From IMG/VR virus record IMGVR_UViG_3300001528_000378, positions 1-64,000 of that record: a DNA stretch of 64,000 bases; one strand, given 5' to 3'. The number at the start of each line of letters is the position of its first letter. The first letter of the stretch is position 1. A program made the position numbers and the translations under genes. This stretch comes from a virus. Lineage: Duplodnaviria; Caudoviricetes. The notes beneath the pieces are model-generated. The model did not search any database, was not told the DNA's origin, and was given only the letters and a program-made list of their open reading frames with translations. Shown here piece after piece: positions 58,717 through 64,000 of the stretch.

Positions 58717-60459
58717 ATGGCGAACGCAAAAACATATAACGAACTAAATCAAACAAATACTATTAACGCCAGTGACTTGGTAGCAGTGGCACAAAGTGAT
58801 AAAACGGAATTGCAAGCTACTACGGTTAGTGACTTGGCTAATGCAGTGGGTGAATTAAACCAAGCGGGTGCTTTGGCTGAACTTTCACTTGCTACTTCTA
58901 TCGGCAAGAACTTATTAGCCCAACGACTTAATGAGAAAGGTGTAGAGAATATCACACCTAATTCTACGCTTGTGGAAATGGCGGATGCAGTTAATGATTT
59001 ACAGACTGTATCTGAGCGTACACTTATTGCCACTGACATTGCAGATACTGATGGAAGTTACGTAACACTAGCAAATGCTGGTATGTCTTGTAATTATTGT
59101 AAATATTTTGCAAGAAAAAATGTATTTGTAAGTATTTTGAACGGTATATTTCGTATTTATAGGTATAACTTTCAGAATAAAGCAATGGAAATTCTAGCAC
59201 AATATGATAACTCATCCTATATATCTACAATAAATACTTACGCAAATAAACAAGATTTTTGCTTAACAAAAAACAACAAATATATAGGGTATATAGATTT
59301 TGACAACTACTACACTACTGTATTAGAGATGGACTGGGAGACGAATACTTTATCTTTAAAATATAATTACACTCTTACCGATGTTGTTTTAGATTATAAA
59401 TATGGTAAAAATAGTGGTAGTTGGGGCAATGGTAATTATAATAACTTTATTGGCTGTATTCTTTCTGAACAAGGGGATTCTGCTTTTATGGCCAGTGGTA
59501 GTTATGATAGAACCGAAATGTACTACATCGACTATACGACCAATACGCAAAAAAAGGCAGCAAACGTAGCAGGAACAAGAACAAATGGTGGAAACGACTG
59601 GGAAATGCCAATAGAAATTCACTATGATGCGCAAAAAAGACAAATAGAATTAGTAAATAAAAACATTTTTATTAAAACATTTTCTGTCGATGTGTCTGTT
59701 GATAATCCTACAATAATTCTTGATGAGTTATTATGTCCACGTAATATGCTAGACATTGTAAAATACACGAGTAATCCTTGTGTTGATTGGGACAATAATA
59801 TTTTATTCGCGGCTGGATGCACAAAAAGTGATTATACCACATCAGGTATAAATTATTTAGAAGAATACAAAGAAAATACTATGCAAATTGTGGCATACGA
59901 TTTACTAAATAAAACCGTTTTGGACAAGATATCTTTTACATATGAACTCCCTATACCATCATCTTATTCTGATTCTGGTTATACATTGAATTCACGTGTA
60001 GTTGTGGTATTATCGTATTGTAAGAGTGAAAATGACTATATCATATGTCCTAATGCTTGTACACGTGTAAAATTTGATAATACTACAAAGAAATTTACTG
60101 TATATAATAGAAACAAAGCATTATACAATAATGCATATGTAAATACTAGCATTGTTAGTTACACAGGTAACTATTCTTCACAAGTATTAACGATTCCTAA
60201 CACTGATGCAAGCAAAACAATATTTGTTCAACTAGACAGTTCTACTTATGCTTATAATATGTATGCAGATGGCAGTTTTAAAGATTCTTCATTCATATCT
60301 ACGGTTACATTTGACAATAAGAGCGCTGCAATTGGTTATATTTTCACAGCAAACAGCGTGCAGACTTTATTTAAAAATATGAATTTTTCACGAGATATGT
60401 ATAAGTCTGACGCTTATGACCTAACTACAAAACAAGTAGAAATTCCGACAGATAATTAA
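58717..60459 (+). CDS. Putative receptor-binding/tail fibre protein
   Basis: GKNLLA..L.EKGV...TL.EMA fibre coil, followed by a Y/N/S/T-rich beta domain. Confidence 0.55.
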   Translation: MANAKTYNELNQTNTINASDLVAVAQSDKTELQATTVSDLANAVGELNQAGALAELSLATSIGKNLLAQRLNEKGVENITPNSTLVEMADAVNDLQTVSERTLIATDIADTDGSYVTLANAGMSCNYCKYFARKNVFVSILNGIFRIYRYNFQNKAMEILAQYDNSSYISTINTYANKQDFCLTKNNKYIGYIDFDNYYTTVLEMDWETNTLSLKYNYTLTDVVLDYKYGKNSGSWGNGNYNNFIGCILSEQGDSAFMASGSYDRTEMYYIDYTTNTQKKAANVAGTRTNGGNDWEMPIEIHYDAQKRQIELVNKNIFIKTFSVDVSVDNPTIILDELLCPRNMLDIVKYTSNPCVDWDNNILFAAGCTKSDYTTSGINYLEEYKENTMQIVAYDLLNKTVLDKISFTYELPIPSSYSDSGYTLNSRVVVVLSYCKSENDYIICPNACTRVKFDNTTKKFTVYNRNKALYNNAYVNTSIVSYTGNYSSQVLTIPNTDASKTIFVQLDSSTYAYNMYADGSFKDSSFISTVTFDNKSAAIGYIFTANSVQTLFKNMNFSRDMYKSDAYDLTTKQVEIPTDN

Positions 60460-60475
60460 TTAAGTATTACCAAAC

Positions 60476-60507
60476 AAAATACCCCCTAATTATAGGGGGT
60501 ATTTTTT
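60476..60507. terminator. Bidirectional intrinsic terminator
   Basis: AAAATACCCCCTA/ATTA/TAGGGGGTATTTT between convergent gene blocks. Confidence 0.85.
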
Positions 60508-60712
60508 ATTTATGACTATATGTTAAAAAGGCTACTATCCATAATAAAACACAGAATAACACCCATAATAATATCATAATGACATACACAGGTAAAATTA
60601 TAGGGAGTAATATTATCATACTAGCCAAGTGCAAAAAGTCATACTGTGTCCTACTTTTAGTTAGTAGATAGTATACAATACCAATAGTCCAGCAAATAAT
60701 ACAGTATGTCAT
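60506..60712 (-). CDS. Small membrane protein
   Basis: Highly hydrophobic, 68 aa. Confidence 0.5.
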   Translation of the reverse strand: MTYCIICWTIGIVYYLLTKSRTQYDFLHLASMIILLPIILPVYVIMILLWVLFCVLLWIVAFLTYSHK

Positions 60713-60993
60713 TTCTTATCCTTGTTGTATTCACTCATATGTGGGTTTTCAAAGAATAAGACATCCCCATCAGCATAAGTATCATCTGGATCTTTGAGTA
60801 CACATATAACACCCCTACCAGATAAACTTGACACAAGTAAAGACAGGTTTTTACTTGTATTCTCTATCTCATCAGCAGTCATACTATTGGTATCCTTTGT
60901 ACAAACTATAATAAAGTTACACTTTGGTAAGTTCTTAATCTTTTCTACAATTAATGCTAAGGCTTCTACAATACTATTATGATTTTCCGTCAT
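60709..60993 (-). CDS. Hypothetical protein, paralogue of 60993-61262
   Basis: LVSSL..RGVICVL.DPD.....VLFF. Confidence 0.55.
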   Translation of the reverse strand: MTENHNSIVEALALIVEKIKNLPKCNFIIVCTKDTNSMTADEIENTSKNLSLLVSSLSGRGVICVLKDPDDTYADGDVLFFENPHMSEYNKDKK

Positions 60994-61262
60994 TATTCCT
61001 CCATAGTTTTATACTCACTTAGATCTTTACAAAATAGGACAGTCTTATCACTATGGTATTCATCGGGCTCTGTAAGTACACAGGTAATATCTCTATCCAT
61101 TAGGGCTGATAACACCAAGGACATGAGGAATGAATCCTCACCAGTGCTTAACTTACTAGCTCCTTTTTCATAAAATACTACATAGCTACATTCGGGGTGT
61201 TTTTTGAGTTCATCTACAATTTTTTGTACTTCGGGGGATACTTTGTCAATTTTGTTTTTCAT
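60993..61262 (-). CDS. Hypothetical protein, paralogue of 60709-60993
   Basis: VLSAL..RDITCVL.EPD.....VLFC. Confidence 0.55.
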   Translation of the reverse strand: MKNKIDKVSPEVQKIVDELKKHPECSYVVFYEKGASKLSTGEDSFLMSLVLSALMDRDITCVLTEPDEYHSDKTVLFCKDLSEYKTMEE

Positions 61263-61971
61263 CCTTTATTTCCTCAAACTTTATTAATTTATTTTCATCA
61301 TCTATTATATCATATTCTACATTAAAAGTCAACTCTTTTGGTTTTGCAGCAATTTCATAATCATTATCACAAATAGATACATTGTAGAAGTGTCTTTCAA
61401 CCTCTACTCTTTTTTTGTATGTATACTTATAATAACCAGGTGTATGATTATGACCAAAAAAATGATACAACTTACGAATCTTTTTAATTCTATTCAATAA
61501 GTCTTTACTACCAATATGCTGTGTTCCAGCAATATCCAAAATCCCATAGGGTGGTGTATGGGTTAATAGAATATTGGTATCTAGTGGTATATTTCCAAAT
61601 ATCCTATAAAGGTCTTTATTTGAACGCATATACCCCCACTCACCAAATCTAGGACACCATGGAGTACCATATATCTTTAAACCATAGATATTAATCTCCT
61701 TATCCACTAATAATAGAGCACCTACGTCTAAAAGCATTTTTTTAGCCAAGTCTTCATACTTATAGCAAAACATATCATGGTTGCCTGGAACTATTAACTT
61801 ATACCGAGCATCACACTTTGAAAGCCACTTACATAGCCTAGTATGCTCAGATAAAGTACCAGAACCAGACCAATCACCACAATAGCACAAAATATCACAC
61901 TGTATTGGTTCTATATAATCTAACTTCCAATGTGCATCTGACAATGCAACTAATTTAATTTTTTTATTCAT
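61246..61971 (-). CDS. Metallophosphoesterase
   Basis: SDAH, CGDW, PGNHD, THTPP, FGHNH. Confidence 0.85.
   Translation of the reverse strand: MNKKIKLVALSDAHWKLDYIEPIQCDILCYCGDWSGSGTLSEHTRLCKWLSKCDARYKLIVPGNHDMFCYKYEDLAKKMLLDVGALLLVDKEINIYGLKIYGTPWCPRFGEWGYMRSNKDLYRIFGNIPLDTNILLTHTPPYGILDIAGTQHIGSKDLLNRIKKIRKLYHFFGHNHTPGYYKYTYKKRVEVERHFYNVSICDNDYEIAAKPKELTFNVEYDIIDDENKLIKFEEIKDEKQN
61304..61332 (-). promoter_or_regulatory. sigma70-type promoter (minus strand)
   Basis: TTGACT-17-TATAAT with extended -10 TG, inside the 3' end of the phosphoesterase gene. Confidence 0.6.
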
Positions 61972-62635
61972 AGGCTTTAATACTCAATACTCTGGAATCT
62001 TCCTCACAAAAGGATTTAACAGATACTCTAAATGTACCATCTTTCATTGTATCATATCTGTTAAATGGTTTGTTATTTTTATTATTAAATATTGCTCCAC
62101 AGGTCCATACAAACACATTTTTTCCATTTGTGTCCTGAAATGCCACCTTACTTCTATTATCTTTTTGATTTCCCTCCGCGCCATAAAATCTATGAAGTAA
62201 ATCTACTTTAGGAGATAATTTACCAGTCATTATCATACTTCCACCTAAAAAATAACAACTGTCAGCCAAACATAATGACTTATCTATAAACTTACTCAAT
62301 AATGAATATGGGGGATTTCCAATAAAGAAATACTTTTTATTATAATTGTAGTAACCATTATTAAAGAAATCTACTTTCATAACATTACCTGATAATGGGG
62401 TTATATCGGACGATAAACACTCTATACCATTTTGATTAATAATCTTACCCCACCTACCATCACCTGCACAAGGATCTACCCATACAAGGTCTTTTAAGTA
62501 AGGTCTATTGTCTAATAAACTCTTAACAATTCTATCAATAATATAATAGGGTGTTTTGTATAGTTCCCTGCCCTCACCTCTGGTGTGAGTACTCCTCTTA
62601 AAGAAAGTTAATGACTGCTCATATGTTCTTTTCAT
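61964..62635 (-). CDS. Orphan amino-DNA methyltransferase
   Basis: YKTP, DPCAGDG (motif I), GNPPY (motif IV). Confidence 0.75.
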   Translation of the reverse strand: MKRTYEQSLTFFKRSTHTRGEGRELYKTPYYIIDRIVKSLLDNRPYLKDLVWVDPCAGDGRWGKIINQNGIECLSSDITPLSGNVMKVDFFNNGYYNYNKKYFFIGNPPYSLLSKFIDKSLCLADSCYFLGGSMIMTGKLSPKVDLLHRFYGAEGNQKDNRSKVAFQDTNGKNVFVWTCGAIFNNKNNKPFNRYDTMKDGTFRVSVKSFCEEDSRVLSIKAYE

Positions 62636-63927
62636 ACATTTCTTCCATTATCATAGATATATTTAATTGTTGGAAATCTTAATGATAAGTTCCCATCTTT
62701 ATCTGTTGTTTCTTCAAAATATTGTACAGTTATTGTTTTACCAATAATATGTTCTGGATGGTCTGCAAAATCAATTCTTTGTTGTTGCGTTAAACCAGAA
62801 CCAACATTTACGATATAACCTTTATGTTCTATAACTAAAGACTGTACACACTTAATTCTCTGTGCTTTACCCTCAACTAGAATAGTAGCATTACCGTCTA
62901 AAACAACATCTTTGACTACATATTCGGCATCAGAAAAGTTTTTGTATTTAAGAAGGTTTCTACTGCGTTTACCCTCATAAGGAACATCTTTACGCGCAAT
63001 TAAACCTTCCCAGCCAGTATTTAATACCTTCTTCTGCCAAGTAGCAAATACTTCAGGAGTATAATAAGCATACTCGATTAGTTTAATGTGTGGTGATTTA
63101 ATCGCTTCCACAAAAGTTTTTAGTTTACTAAGTCTTGGCTTATAGGTTTCTGTGCTATAGCCTTTATTGAAGTCTTCCAAGTCTAACAAATCAAATACAC
63201 AATAAGACGGATTGTTAATTGTGTGGTCTTTTCGCGTAATCTCTTTCATAATTCCTTGGAAGTCCTCATTACCATTATCATCAATGATACATACCTCTCC
63301 GTCTAATACTTTATTTTTATACTCTGGATTTAATTCAACAAAATCTTCCAATTCTTTCTTTAATACATCTAATGTGTGAAACTCTTTTCCTTTACGAGAA
63401 TAGAATTTAACTTTACCATTGGAGTCAATTAAACAAAGATTTCTCGTTCCGTCGCGCTTCCGCTCAATAATCCAGTTCTCATCCGGCATAGTACCATTAT
63501 TTGGTGCAGCAAGTGCTACATTAAACTCAGGGAAGAACCCAGGAACTGCTTTATTAATAGACTTTGCAGTCATACCAATATGCAAGTCCTTGTCAATTAC
63601 ATCATAAATGAGTTGTTCATAATTATGGTTGTTATTTACAAAGCAGCAAGCAATAGCCAGAGCACTATTACCACTATATTGTACAGATAAGTCTTTTAAT
63701 AGTTCAATAATATCACCATTGTAATCCTTGCTAGTCCTATATACCTTCAAGTTCTTTTTTATTTTATCTGAAGTTATATGAAACAAAACGTCTTTATCAT
63801 AGATAAGATTCCAAAGTTCTTTATTGATATATCCAGAATCATATAATTCTTTGAACTTACTAATCTTATATGTGCCACTGTTATTAGCATTTAACTGCTG
63901 TACACAATATAAAAGTTTACTTAACAT
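62632..63927 (-). CDS. ATP-dependent DNA ligase
   Basis: ERKRDG.R, YSRKG, LDGE, VFD, EGLIAR, LLKYK, VGSG, LRFP. Confidence 0.92.
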   Translation of the reverse strand: MLSKLLYCVQQLNANNSGTYKISKFKELYDSGYINKELWNLIYDKDVLFHITSDKIKKNLKVYRTSKDYNGDIIELLKDLSVQYSGNSALAIACCFVNNNHNYEQLIYDVIDKDLHIGMTAKSINKAVPGFFPEFNVALAAPNNGTMPDENWIIERKRDGTRNLCLIDSNGKVKFYSRKGKEFHTLDVLKKELEDFVELNPEYKNKVLDGEVCIIDDNGNEDFQGIMKEITRKDHTINNPSYCVFDLLDLEDFNKGYSTETYKPRLSKLKTFVEAIKSPHIKLIEYAYYTPEVFATWQKKVLNTGWEGLIARKDVPYEGKRSRNLLKYKNFSDAEYVVKDVVLDGNATILVEGKAQRIKCVQSLVIEHKGYIVNVGSGLTQQQRIDFADHPEHIIGKTITVQYFEETTDKDGNLSLRFPTIKYIYDNGRNV

Positions 63928-64000
63928 TCAACGCCTCACTTTTTACAGGATTTCTACCACAACTTCTTTTCTTTGATTCAGGACAATACCCAAGCATTTC
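63917..64000 (-). CDS. 3' end of a probable ThyX thymidylate synthase (partial)
   Basis: Minus strand reads EMLGYCPESKKRSCGRNP...K*, resembling the Cys-rich C-terminus of many ThyX proteins; only 27 residues visible. Confidence 0.45.
   Translation of the reverse strand, partial: EMLGYCPESKKRSCGRNPVKSEALNVK

Noticed and set aside
625-59822. Numerous minus-strand ORFs in the track (e.g. 40723-41382, 39665-40153, 44115-44600)
   Set aside because: They shadow well-supported plus-strand genes and show no recognisable motifs
1-64000. Alternative genetic code (stop-codon reassignment)
   Set aside because: Long intact ORFs tile the window in the standard code, and TAA, TAG and TGA all end genes at tight junctions
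1-64000. tRNA, rRNA or structured ncRNA genes
   Set aside because: Intergenic gaps are very short and no cloverleaf or T-loop pattern was noticed; a covariance-model scan would be needed to exclude them

Overview
AT-rich window from a large lytic tailed phage (contractile-tail, jumbo-like), standard genetic code, genes tightly coupled. 1-32.6 kb (+): tail tube, frameshifting tail chaperone, tape measure, baseplate, an embedded lysis cassette (M15 endolysin, holin, candidate spanin-like protein) and a long set of tail-fibre/adhesin genes. 32.7-56.9 kb (+): replication/recombination module under consensus sigma70 promoters, with an intein-containing SF2 helicase, DnaC/DnaB, GroEL, a T5 A1-like phosphoesterase, a stand-alone primase Zn finger, SSB, RecA, SbcD, a three-piece SbcC, a RuvC-like resolvase and a UDG-domain PolA with intein. 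56.9-60.5 kb (+): a displaced receptor-binding cassette. 60.5-64 kb (-): small genes, phosphoesterase, DNA methyltransferase, ATP-dependent ligase and the probable 3' end of thyX. Most notable: (1) a 28-bp motif found four times, always ahead of virion-type genes, shaped like a sigma70 promoter with the spacer shortened from 17 to 6 nt; (2) the split, permuted SbcC/Rad50; (3) several apparently catalytically dead enzyme folds; (4) a lysis protein with an N-terminal membrane anchor and a C-terminal beta-signal; (5) a Gly-rich adhesin triplet with an exact 62-bp repeat shared by two of the genes. All product calls come from motif recognition and synteny, not database searches.
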